A stretch of DNA of 64,000 nt from contig CAWFGO010000002.1 in the NCBI GenBank assembly GCA_963815455.1, positions 608,001 to 672,000 of the forward strand, given 5' to 3'. The DNA is from an uncultured Verrucomicrobiae bacterium (lineage in GTDB: Bacteria > Verrucomicrobiota > Verrucomicrobiia > Chthoniobacterales > UBA10450). Below are positions 37,624 to 47,249 of the stretch, one piece after another (position 1 is the stretch's first letter; each line of letters opens with the position of its first letter). The notes under the pieces were generated by a model. It saw nothing but the letters and a program-made list of their open reading frames with translations, had not been told where the DNA came from and did no database searches. A program made the position numbers and the translations under genes.

Positions 37624-39100
37624 TCAGAACATTACAGTATTGTAATGTTTCGACTGCAAGCTCTTTTTTGCCGACTTTAAACGGCTGCCTGGATTCCGCG
37701 ATCCGGCCGTGCCCGGGAAAATGAGAGTAATGGACGTGCCACGACCGATCTGACTCTCGATCCTGGTCGAGCCGCCGTGAAGATCGACAATCGATTTTAC
37801 CAGGGCCAGCCCCAGCCCGGCGCCGTGGGAACTCCGCGACGAATCGGCCCGGTAAAACCGATCAAACACTCGCGGCAAATGTTCCGGCGCAATCCCGGCG
37901 CCATTATCGGTGACCGTGACTTCGGAACGCGCCGCGCCGACCGCGAATGCTATTTGGATTGCGCCGCCATCAGGCGTGAAACGCAATGCGTTATCGACCA
38001 GATTACTGACGGCGCGCTCAAATAAAACCGGATCGGCATAGAGCTCGCCGTCGCCGGTGCAATTGATGGTGACATGTCGATCCTCGGCCACGGTTCGATA
38101 AAACGTTGCAATTTTTTCCGCCGCAACCCGGCCATCGAACAATTTCCGCTCAATCGGTTCGCGCGCCGCGTCGGCCCGGGCAACAAAAAGCAAATTATCG
38201 ACGATCCCGGAGAGCCGCTCGCATTCGGCAATCGCAGATTCAAGGGTTTCGCGATATTGCTCCGGCGCACGGTCGCGGGTTAATGTGACCTGCGCCTCAC
38301 CCAGAATGTTGGCGATCGGCGTGCGTAGTTCATGGGCAAGATCGGCGGAAAATTGGGAAAGCCGGGTAAATGAATCCTCCGAGCGGGCGAGCATCGCATC
38401 GAAAGCGATCGCGAGAGGCTGGAGTCTCGCGCGGCCAACCGGCCGGAGCGATCCGCTCGTTCAGATGGGTCGGGCTGGTTCGCTCAACTGACCGGATCCA
38501 TTTCTCCAAGCGGCCGCAAACTGCGCCTGGTCACGGTGATGGCGATCGCAGTCGAGGCCAGAACGCTGCCAGCCAGAACGAGGAGGAGCAAAGTACCGAA
38601 TTTTCTCTCGACTTGTTCGTCGCTGGTCCGGTCTTGTGCGACCTGAATTGTGTAGGATTGGCCACCGGACTCCTCGCGAATCGTAACGAGCGAAAACAGT
38701 TTGTTGTCTCCTTGGAAATCCTGCGGGCTTTGAATGGACGTTGTCGATGCTTGCGGCGGCGGAAAAATATCTGGTGGCAACGACGCGATTCATTCCGGGG
38801 GTCTCGCATTAACGTGCGACCTTCCGCATCCAGGATCCGGATCCAATAAGGCGCATGCTCGCCGGCATGATGGCCTTTCAATTCCGCGCCGAAAATTTGC
38901 GGCCCGCCCCCAGTTTTGAAGTCGGCGCTCAAAGCTGAGATCTTATCGGCCAGGACGGCATTATCCTCGGCGAATGCGTGTCGAACCACGATCCAGTAAA
39001 AGACGCCGAGGCCGCAGGAAAGGAGCAGCGTCGCGGCCAGCGTAAAGAACAGCACGAGCTGCGACGCGATTGAGCGCGGGCTAGTGCGCTTTGAGAACAT
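37624..39100 (-). CDS. Heavy-metal sensor histidine kinase (CusS/CzcS-like); frameshifted
   Basis: Two TM segments, H-box FSADLAHELRTP, NLVDNALR, DNGAGI, FDRFYRAD, GAGLGL spread over several frames. Confidence 0.8.
37628..37649. promoter_or_regulatory. CusR/CopR-like operator box
   Basis: Perfect inverted repeat AACATTACA-GTAT-TGTAATGTT upstream of the TonB-dependent receptor. Confidence 0.65.
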
Positions 39101-39752
39101 AACCTATGCCGCGGATAGTATGGATAAGTTTGGTCTTGAACGGATCGTCCACCTTCGCCCGCAGCCGGCGAACCACGACATCGACAACATTGGTATCGGT
39201 CTTAAATCCGATTTCCCAAACCTGCTCGGCAATGTCCGCTCGCGAGACCACTTCGCCGGCCAAACGGACAAGATGCGCAAGCAGAAGAAATTCCTTGGGA
39301 GTGAGATTAAGTGGAACGCCGGAGCGAACCGCCTTGTGCCGCTGAGTATCGATCTCCAAGTCGCCTATTCGCAGATGTTCTTCCGGGTGCGCCGGCGCGC
39401 GGCGCAGCAGCGAGTGGACCCGGGCGAGCAATTCCGAAAAGGCGAACGGCTTTACCAGATAATCGTCCGCGCCGAGTTCGAGTCCTTTCACCCGGTCGCG
39501 CACACTATCGCGCGCGGTGAGAAAAAGAATGGGCGTGCGGAGCCCGTCGCGGCGCAGCTCGGCTACCACTTCCCAGCCATCTTTGTTGGGCAGCATGACA
39601 TCGACAATGAGCAGATCGAACTTGGTCGCGCGGGCCATTTCCAAACCAGTCTCGCCGTCCTGGGCAAGATCGACATCGAATTCGGCTTCACGAAGGCCCT
39701 TGGCCAGAAAAGCGGCTGTTTTCTTTTCGTCTTCGATTACCAGGATTCGCAT
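39081..39752 (-). CDS. Heavy-metal response regulator (CusR/CzcR-like, OmpR family)
   Basis: ILVIEDEKK, DVMLP, FLTARD, GADDYLVKPFAFSELLAR, TNVVDVVVRRLRAKVDDPF..LIHTIRGIGY. Confidence 0.9.
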   Translation of the reverse strand: MRILVIEDEKKTAAFLAKGLREAEFDVDLAQDGETGLEMARATKFDLLIVDVMLPNKDGWEVVAELRRDGLRTPILFLTARDSVRDRVKGLELGADDYLVKPFAFSELLARVHSLLRRAPAHPEEHLRIGDLEIDTQRHKAVRSGVPLNLTPKEFLLLAHLVRLAGEVVSRADIAEQVWEIGFKTDTNVVDVVVRRLRAKVDDPFKTKLIHTIRGIGYVLKAH

Positions 39753-39753
39753 T
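39612..39753. repeat. Direct repeat copy A (5' end of the intact response regulator)
   Basis: 142 nt; 9 substitutions versus 43348-43489. Confidence 0.9.
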
Positions 39754-39840
39754 GTCCGACCTTATTATGCCATCGGTGCTTCGTGAAACGCAAAAAGGCC
39801 GGTTTTTGTAAAGCGACCTTTCTGAAGCGTTCCTGGAATC

Positions 39841-42159
39841 TTATTGTTTCGACCTTCCCGGGCTGTTCGCTGCCGGCAAAGCCGTTCCGGACTTGGACTT
39901 GATCAACGCGATGTCCGAAGCGTTGATCGAACCATCTACGGTAACATCCGCCCGGAAATTAGTCCCGGTCACCGGAGTGCCTGATTGTGACTTACCCTGA
40001 CTAACGTCGGAGGAATTGACGACGCCGTTGGCCGTGGTGTCGCCGATGACAATGCTCATCGGGATCGCGAAATTAGTCGAACCATTCACGCCATTGAGCG
40101 TGATCTGAATGGTCTGGGCATTTGCTACATTTGTTAGCGGGATCGTCACAACGTTTCCGGCAATCGTGACCGTTCCGCCATCGCTGACGCCGCCGGTTCC
40201 GATTGAGCCGATGCCCGAAGTCACTGCGGCTTGCGGATTTCCGTTAACCGATACGTTGGCCATGAAAGTCAGGACGATTGTGTAATCACCGGTAGCGCCA
40301 CCGCTACGGCATTCTACTCCTGGTGTCCCACTCAACGGCAGGTTGATGTCGAAACTGCCCGCGCTCGCGTGCGTTTTTCGAGACACGACGCTCTGCGCAA
40401 TCGGCGTTGACGGTTGCGCACAGTAGTGTCCCCCGGTGTTCATTTCACCGCTGTCCGTTACGCCGCCCCAAACGATCATCTCAATGCCAGTCCAGATTGC
40501 TGTGGGAATGTTTCGGCCGCCAGGGGCGTTCACCGTCGTAGTTGGTATCCAACTGTCGCTGTCAGGACGGTATCGCCCACCGGTGTTGAAAAAATTGGTG
40601 GTGTCCTCGCCTCCCCAGATAATCATCTCGCTTCCAGACCATGCCGACACGTGACCGCTCCGCGGGGAGGGCGCGTTGTTTAGACTGGTAGCGGCCCAGC
40701 TGTCATTGACGGGGCTATATCTGCCCCCGGTGTTCGTGTCATTAAAGTTCTCGTCTACTCCACCCCAGACAAACATTTCATTCCCCGTCCACACCGCGCC
40801 GTGACCGACCCGTCCGAGCGGTGCGTTCGCCAGCGCCGTGGGTGTCCAGCTGTCGTTAGTGGGATTGTATCTGCCTCCGGTACACAAAAGATTCATTTGG
40901 TCGCTCCCACTCCAAACAATCATCTCTCCCCGGTCCCACACCGCACTGTGGCGGAAGCGTGCGACAGGTGCGTTGTTGATACTCGTGGGCGTCCAACTGT
41001 CGGTACCGGGATTGTATCGCCCGCCAGTGTTTAGCCTGCAGTTACCGTTGCACCCCAATCCACCCCATATGATCATCTGGCTTCCAGTCCAAACCGCAGT
41101 GTGATACTCCCGCGCCGCAGGGGCGTTGACCGCGCTGGTAGGGATCCAAGTGTCATTAGCTGGGTTGTATCTGCCACCCGTGTTTAACAACATGTTGTGG
41201 CTAAATCCCCCCCAAACAATCATTTCACTACCATTCCACGCCGCGCTTTGATTCGATCGGTCGCTGGGCACGTTAGTAAGACTCGTCGGTGTCCAGCTAT
41301 CCGTGCTCGGATAGTATCTGGCGCCGGTGTTCAAAGTCACGGGATTCGAAGAAAAATTCCACCCTCCCCATATGATCATTTCGGTTCCGGTCCATACAGC
41401 TGTGTGAAATTGTCTTGCTTCCGGCGCATTCATTGTAGAAGTAGCAGTCCAAATATCGTCGCAGTCGGGCGGAGTTGCGATTTCCGGTAGCCTATAGGCG
41501 GCAACGCCCAAATTTGTCGCTGAGGGAATGCGGTTCTCTGTGGACGCAGCTGTGCCGGCTGCAAACAGTTTCTTCGACGCAGGCCACACGCCTGCCGCTA
41601 CAGGATTGCTATCATTTGTCAGATCGGCGACCAACCGCTCCGCCAAGATCGGCATGGCCAGGCATTCCGCAATCACGAAGGGATCGTTACCGAACGCCGC
41701 AAAGAGTTCGCGCAAGACTTCGGGCTGCCTCGTGTGAGTCGCGATTCGATCCATCTCGGCTTGAAGCTCGCCTGCAGTAATTGGCTGTCCTCGTTGATCT
41801 GCGACCTGCTGTGATTTTCTAAGATAGTCCTCAACTTTTTTTTCGATTTCGCGTCGGGACACAACTGCGTCCAATGAAGGCTTTGCCACTGCATTCTCCT
41901 CTGGCCAAATCCGGTGCCGCCAACACACTTCTTCGATCGCATATTGGTAGGCCACTCGCTCGGCAAGAGTCAGCGCCGTATCGAACCTCTCTGCGGTTTG
42001 GCTGCGTGAGACAGCGTCTAGCGTTCCTAGTCCGGCGAGGTAACCGATGCCCACGACCAGACGAAAAAGAGTCACAACGCGCCTAGCGGAATAGGGGCGC
42101 TGTGAGCTGTTTGGAAATCTCCTCATCGCTTGTACCACTAAAGCGAGTTTTACCCTCAA
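39841..42159 (-). CDS. Secreted kelch/galactose-oxidase-like beta-propeller protein with C-terminal dockerin-like domain
   Basis: Repeats H.AVWTG.EMI.WGG...NTGGRY.P..DSW; C-terminal GDTTANGVVNSSD / ADVTVDGSINASD. Confidence 0.8.
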   Translation of the reverse strand: MRVKLALVVQAMRRFPNSSQRPYSARRVVTLFRLVVGIGYLAGLGTLDAVSRSQTAERFDTALTLAERVAYQYAIEEVCWRHRIWPEENAVAKPSLDAVVSRREIEKKVEDYLRKSQQVADQRGQPITAGELQAEMDRIATHTRQPEVLRELFAAFGNDPFVIAECLAMPILAERLVADLTNDSNPVAAGVWPASKKLFAAGTAASTENRIPSATNLGVAAYRLPEIATPPDCDDIWTATSTMNAPEARQFHTAVWTGTEMIIWGGWNFSSNPVTLNTGARYYPSTDSWTPTSLTNVPSDRSNQSAAWNGSEMIVWGGFSHNMLLNTGGRYNPANDTWIPTSAVNAPAAREYHTAVWTGSQMIIWGGLGCNGNCRLNTGGRYNPGTDSWTPTSINNAPVARFRHSAVWDRGEMIVWSGSDQMNLLCTGGRYNPTNDSWTPTALANAPLGRVGHGAVWTGNEMFVWGGVDENFNDTNTGGRYSPVNDSWAATSLNNAPSPRSGHVSAWSGSEMIIWGGEDTTNFFNTGGRYRPDSDSWIPTTTVNAPGGRNIPTAIWTGIEMIVWGGVTDSGEMNTGGHYCAQPSTPIAQSVVSRKTHASAGSFDINLPLSGTPGVECRSGGATGDYTIVLTFMANVSVNGNPQAAVTSGIGSIGTGGVSDGGTVTIAGNVVTIPLTNVANAQTIQITLNGVNGSTNFAIPMSIVIGDTTANGVVNSSDVSQGKSQSGTPVTGTNFRADVTVDGSINASDIALIKSKSGTALPAANSPGRSKQ
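41538..41603. repeat. GTAG-type REP-like doublet in frame within the kelch protein gene
   Basis: Minus strand CTGTAGCGGCAGGCGTGTGGCCTGC...GCAGCCGGCACAGCTGCGTCCACAG, encoding PVAAGVWPASKKLFAAGTAASTE. Confidence 0.6.
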
Positions 42160-42171
42160 TTCATCCCGACG

Positions 42172-43272
42172 TTAGGGGTCGACGTTGGCATCATATATGC
42201 GATCGAGGTAAATGTTATTATCATCATGCGTGATTTCCGGATGCCAGCCCTCATCTGTTGGGTACTTAAATGAAATACTAAAAAACCCGGGATTCAGGGT
42301 GCCGCCGACGTGTACTAGAGTGTAACGCGATGGAGCCGCTCTAAAGTCGCCGGTCATAATAACGGACAGACGGCCGTCAAGAATCGCATTGCCCCCAACT
42401 TCGATGTTATCAGCGGACTCCGGAGTAACATTACAGATCGTGTTGGCCTGTAGCGTCAACTCCAAGTTATGAGTGAAAGTGAGCGTTCCTGCCGACGGTA
42501 TAAGCGTGCCTTGGATATAGGTGAGGCCAGTGCCTAGCCCGAGCGGCGTCGTTGTAACAGTTCCATTACCGGTGATTGTCCCCGAGGCATGCACGGTAAT
42601 AGCCCTTGTGAAGGTGTGATCGTTCAGGACAACAACGCTTCCTCCATCCGTAACATTCAACAGAGCAGTACCCCCCGGGTTAACACCGTCTCCCCCGATG
42701 AAAAGCCGGGCACCTATATAACCGATCCCTGGAAAGTAGTGACTAATGAACCAACGGGAACCTTCGCCAATCACAGTTACCGAGCCAAACGAGTTCGCTG
42801 CCGCACCGATGTACGAGCCAATGTTGTTCACATGAGCCCCACCTTTGATGATGAGATCGCCTTTGCCGTAATATCCGACGATAACTGTGCCCGGAACGTC
42901 CGGATTAATGATATCGGGATTTACCTCTTGGACGCCAGGGTCACCGACCGTCAAGGTCGTGTTCGAACCAGAGACCACGGTAGAACCCGACTCTCCAGCA
43001 CTGTTCCCGAGAACTAGACTATTAGCGCAAGTCGCAGACGTGGCAATGCTCGGCCTGCCACCGTTATTGACGTAAGCGGCCACCGGAGGCGAACAACTTG
43101 GAAGCCCCATGTCCCATTTCCCAGCCTCAAACCAGTCGGCATCGCCATCAAGCCAATGTGTGGCTGGTGTTGGCGTGGGGCCTTGGGCACGCGCAGACGC
43201 GCCGAAGAACGTGAAGGTTAAGCTGCAAATGCAGCTGATGAAAATTAATTGCGCTAAGGGAGTTGTCTTCAT
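42172..43272 (-). CDS. Secreted Gly-rich beta-helix (autotransporter passenger-like) repeat protein
   Basis: Signal peptide, PTPTP linker, WLDG.ADWF..GKW, VG..G.G.L.I..G repeats; no beta-barrel. Confidence 0.65.
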   Translation of the reverse strand: MKTTPLAQLIFISCICSLTFTFFGASARAQGPTPTPATHWLDGDADWFEAGKWDMGLPSCSPPVAAYVNNGGRPSIATSATCANSLVLGNSAGESGSTVVSGSNTTLTVGDPGVQEVNPDIINPDVPGTVIVGYYGKGDLIIKGGAHVNNIGSYIGAAANSFGSVTVIGEGSRWFISHYFPGIGYIGARLFIGGDGVNPGGTALLNVTDGGSVVVLNDHTFTRAITVHASGTITGNGTVTTTPLGLGTGLTYIQGTLIPSAGTLTFTHNLELTLQANTICNVTPESADNIEVGGNAILDGRLSVIMTGDFRAAPSRYTLVHVGGTLNPGFFSISFKYPTDEGWHPEITHDDNNIYLDRIYDANVDP

Positions 43273-43347
43273 GCCTCGGCTTTTAGCCGCAAGAAGAAAT
43301 GGCTTCGAGATATTTAGTGTGACAATTGTGCGACTGGAAATCGCGGC

Positions 43348-43489
43348 CAGATCGAACTTGGTCGCCCGCGCCATTTCCAAACCGGTCTCGCCATCCTGGG
43401 CAAGATCGACATCGAACTCGGCTTCACGGAGGCCCTTGGCCAGAAAAGCGGCCGTTTTCTTTTCGTCCTCGATGACCAGGATTCGCATT
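43348..43489 (-). pseudogene. Truncated duplicate of the response-regulator 5' end (47 codons), direct repeat copy B
   Basis: Encodes the identical peptide MRILVIEDEKK...ATKFDL, then diverges. Confidence 0.85.
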
Positions 43490-43521
43490 TCGGGCGACGA
43501 GTCCCGCGGGACCCATCCGAC

Positions 43522-43953
43522 TCATGTTTCGTCCGCAGGCGGAAGGGCAATGATAAGTCCAGCCAACAGAAACGTGACTGCCGCCGAAAATAAACAGAAG
43601 CGGCAGTAGGCGTGCAGCACGAAAGCTTGCAGATACAAAAACCAAAGTGTGGCGAGAAACATCCCGCCGATGGTCAGAGCAAGAAATTTTTGGGCGCGTT
43701 TGGACCCGAACGCCGCGAAGGTCGCGAAACTAAACGCGCTGAAGTAGGCGAGCAGGCCGAATGCCGCCACCGGTATCCCACCTATGCGGGCGTAGGGGCT
43801 GCCCAAAACCCGGAAGCAATCGGGCGAGCCGCCGCAAATCAACGTTTCGCCGGTCAATCCCTGCACCGTGAGATAAGTCGCGTCGGCGAGTCCGGCCAGG
43901 GCTACAACCGCGGCCACCGCGCAAAGCGTGATTCGGAATCCTGAGATGGTCAT
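43522..43953 (-). CDS. Vitamin K epoxide reductase (VKOR) family protein
   Basis: CGGSPDC..VL.S.YA...GIP, CRFC redox motif, TM helices. Confidence 0.9.
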   Translation of the reverse strand: MTISGFRITLCAVAAVVALAGLADATYLTVQGLTGETLICGGSPDCFRVLGSPYARIGGIPVAAFGLLAYFSAFSFATFAAFGSKRAQKFLALTIGGMFLATLWFLYLQAFVLHAYCRFCLFSAAVTFLLAGLIIALPPADET

Positions 43954-44630
43954 TTTTTCTCCGTTTTTGAATCGCTTGCTTTGAGCGCCGCTTCAATCGC
44001 CGCACGAACCCCTTCGGGTGTTCGTTCGGTCGGACCGATCTCACGATTATTAACAAAAACCGTTGGCGTGCTTTTTACTCCCAGCGAGGCGCCTCGCTCC
44101 TGATCCGAATCGACCCGTTCCTTCACTTTGTCCGACTCCATGTCCTTTTTAAACTGCGCCAGATTCAGGCCCAGCATGCCCGCGGAAGCGTCAAACAACT
44201 CGTCGGCACGCTCGCTCTTGCTCCAGGTGTCTTGCTCGCGATAAAGCAAGTCGTGCATTTCCCAGAACCGGCCTTGAAGCCCGGCGGCTTCGGCAGCCAT
44301 CGCAGCCTGGCGAGCGTGCTTGTGTTGGGCCAGCGGGAAATTGCGAAAAATGATTCGCAAACGCGGGTTAAACTCGGTCGCGAGTTCGTCCAGAAAAGTT
44401 GAGATGTTGCGGCAGGGCGGGCATTCAAAGTCGCCGAATTCTTCGAGAGTGACCGGCGCATCCGGATTACCGCGGATGTGCATCAACGCGGTGTCGCCCT
44501 TGCCCGGCACTACTTTATCCTGGGGGATGGTCAGCAGATGCGGCCGCTTGGCCCGATAGAGCATCGCCCCGCTGCCCAATGTGGCCAACCCAACGACGGC
44601 AACAATAATAAATGGCAAATAGCGTTTCAT
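43950..44630 (-). CDS. DsbA/thioredoxin-domain protein
   Basis: GNPDAPVTLEEFGDFECPPC, FRNFPL..H, GV.STPT.FVN. Confidence 0.9.
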   Translation of the reverse strand: MKRYLPFIIVAVVGLATLGSGAMLYRAKRPHLLTIPQDKVVPGKGDTALMHIRGNPDAPVTLEEFGDFECPPCRNISTFLDELATEFNPRLRIIFRNFPLAQHKHARQAAMAAEAAGLQGRFWEMHDLLYREQDTWSKSERADELFDASAGMLGLNLAQFKKDMESDKVKERVDSDQERGASLGVKSTPTVFVNNREIGPTERTPEGVRAAIEAALKASDSKTEKK

Positions 44631-44702
44631 AACCGGCTGGAGAGCGGAAAGGTTCAGCGCAAGCGAAGAATGGTCAAATGCGACATATCCGGCGCGATCC
44701 GA

Positions 44703-47086
44703 TTACGGCAATCCGTGCCCGATCATGGACTTGGTCAATGCGATGTCCGAACTGCTCATCGATCCATCGGCGCTGATGTCTTCGCGGAAATTTGCGTTTG
44801 TCACGGGCTGGCCGCCCTGCCCTTTCACGATCGCAACATCCGTTGCGTTAACCACCTTGTTTCCTGTGGCGTCGCCCTTCAACATATTCACACTCACCGC
44901 CGTGTCGGGCAGAACCTGCGAGAAGCCGTCGATCACGTTGCTCAAAGTAACAGCGATCTTCTGCACATCTGTCACTCCAGTTAAATGAATCGTCATCGTG
45001 TTGCCGTTGAAGGTGGGACTTCCCGCGACGCTGCCGATGCCGTTCGTCACGCTCGCGTTGCCACTCGCCGGCGGGTTACTAAATGTCACAGCAATGGTGT
45101 GATTCCCGTTGCCGTTCCGGCATTCCAGGCCGGGTTCGCCAGCCAACGGCAAATCGATATCGAAGTCGCCCGCACCTCCATGCGTCATCCGCGAGACCGC
45201 CGACATGAGTTGCAGCGGGTTACAAGGTGCCGGGCCCTGAATTCCAACGGTGATCGGGCTCCCGGTCTTGAAGAAGCCGATCGTCGCGTTCGTGCGCCTG
45301 CGGCGGACTGTTGGAATCGAAACGGAAATTGTACGTCGTGCCAAAACGAATCGCGTTCGCGTTCTGGTTCTGGGCAAAGGTCTCCGTGCTCCAGCTCAGG
45401 GCGTTGGAAGTTTGATTCGAGATCCAGGCCGCATTGCTAAAGCCGGCGTTTCCGAGCGTTCCATCGTTTGGGAATCCGGGATGATTCGGCGGCGCGTGAA
45501 AGCCGAGGTTGCTGACCGTAATTCCGCATCCCAACGGCAGACTGAAAGATTGGATCGAGCGATCAAGATTCTGATTATGAATCGCGTATTCATAATGCCA
45601 TACGCCGGCAGATGGGTTTGTTACCTTATAGACAACGAAAGCCCGGCCATCGATTCCCGGCTGCGGGTTCAATCGTCGCGCTGGTCGCCCCGGTCCAGGC
45701 ATCCGTCGCGGGCATCATTCGCACGGTGGCTCCGACTTGCGCGAAGGTGAAACTAGTCGTGCCGGTAACACTGTAGCGGCGATAGGACGCGTTGTTATAC
45801 ATGTTGCATTGCCCGGGATGGGCCTGGCACCAGGCATACTCATGCGGTGTGTCGTATTGGACCTCGGCGTAATAGGTCGCGCCCGGATTTAGCGTGGTAT
45901 TCAGGTCGCTCATTTCCACCAAAATCCTGTGCGACGTACCGGTGTGAGTGTGGCCCGCGTGGCTCTCTGGCCTGGGACTCGCCCCTGGAAATGCGCCGGT
46001 AAACGGATTGACCCATGCCCGCGAACCCATGGCGCCCACGTGATCCGTCTGGCTCGCGTTTTGACTCGCGGAGTAAGGATCGGAGCATCCCACTCCCAGA
46101 GTCGTTGAGTTTACTGCGGGAGTACACCCCAAGCTGCAGTCGTCATCCTGGTTTGCCCCAAACGTATGCTTCACCCACGACTGGCCAATTTGTTCGAAGC
46201 GATCATTGTTGCTCGGTCCGCCGCTCATTCGATAGAGATTTTGGCAAAAAACGGAATGGTCAGTGTTCGGCAGCTGAAAAAAATGCAATTCCTGGTCACC
46301 GTTGTTGCAGGAGGTCGTTCCAGTCCCCAGGCCGACCTGGGTTCCACTGCTGCCAAATTGCGCCAAACCCGACATGTCTCCCACGATAACATCAGGCCCT
46401 TGCACAAAGGCCGGCGCATTCGGCGAGCCGCCGCGTCTCGGGGGCATGATCGACGATCGGGCCGCACCGTTAACGAATGTGACGATCTCGATCGGATACA
46501 CTGTCGCATCGACAGATATTTCCCCGACGACCGCTCTTGCGTCCGCCGGACGTCCCATTTTGTTGGCCAGCTCTTCTGAAATCAGAAGTCGTCCGCCCTT
46601 GATCCTAAAAAAATGCGCGGCCGGATCGTAATCGTAGAGGTGTCCTTCAATGTTGAAATAGACGAAACCCGTTTTCCCGTCGCGGATAATCAGCTCGAAT
46701 GGCTCGCCCGGAGCGGTTTTTTCGATCACGAGCTGGTTCGAAGACGCAGTTAACGGCTCGGGAAGAATCGTGGAATTTCGCAACGCTATCGAGCCTGGAT
46801 CGGGGTCGCGAAAAACATGGTTGAAGACACGGATCGTGAAAAACGAATTCGGACCAATCTCAAAACGGACGGTGTTCCGTTTCGATTCTCCGGCCGCGGC
46901 CTCGCTCCCATTTAATCGACTCAAATCGAGATCGAGCGCGACGTGCCCGTCTCCAACGATCATTCTTTCCAGAGTTCCGGTCTGGCTTTCCGGGCTCGTC
47001 TCTGGCGATTGCCGCGCGGAATTTCCAGAGCTATCGCTCAATAGAAAAAGCAACGCGAACGTAAAAAAACAGAGTATTTTTTTCAT
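44703..47086 (-). CDS. Large secreted Cys-containing protein with C-terminal dockerin-like module (two frameshifts near 45640 and 45290)
   Basis: Signal peptide MKKILCFFTFALLFLLS; three overlapping ORFs join into one reading; C-terminus homologous to that of 39841-42159. Confidence 0.7.
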
Positions 47087-47249
47087 GATGATCGCGGCTT
47101 CCCGACGTCTTGGATACGCCGAAGGATTGTATACAGATTGGGCCGAAAGTAGACTGTTTTTTTCATGGGCTAAAAGCGTTTCAATCGCGCTCGCCTCGAT
47201 CCGTCCACGTTGATTTGTCGAGCCACGGATGCTAGGTAGCCGCGCCGCC

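Noticed and set aside
42172..43488. 438-aa receiver-domain/beta-helix fusion protein as given by the ORF track
   Set aside because: The N-terminal 47 aa are the truncated regulator duplicate; the secreted protein has its own signal peptide from 43272, so the open frame is probably incidental
39612..43489. DGR template/variable repeat pair
   Set aside because: The 9 differences are synonymous and not confined to adenines
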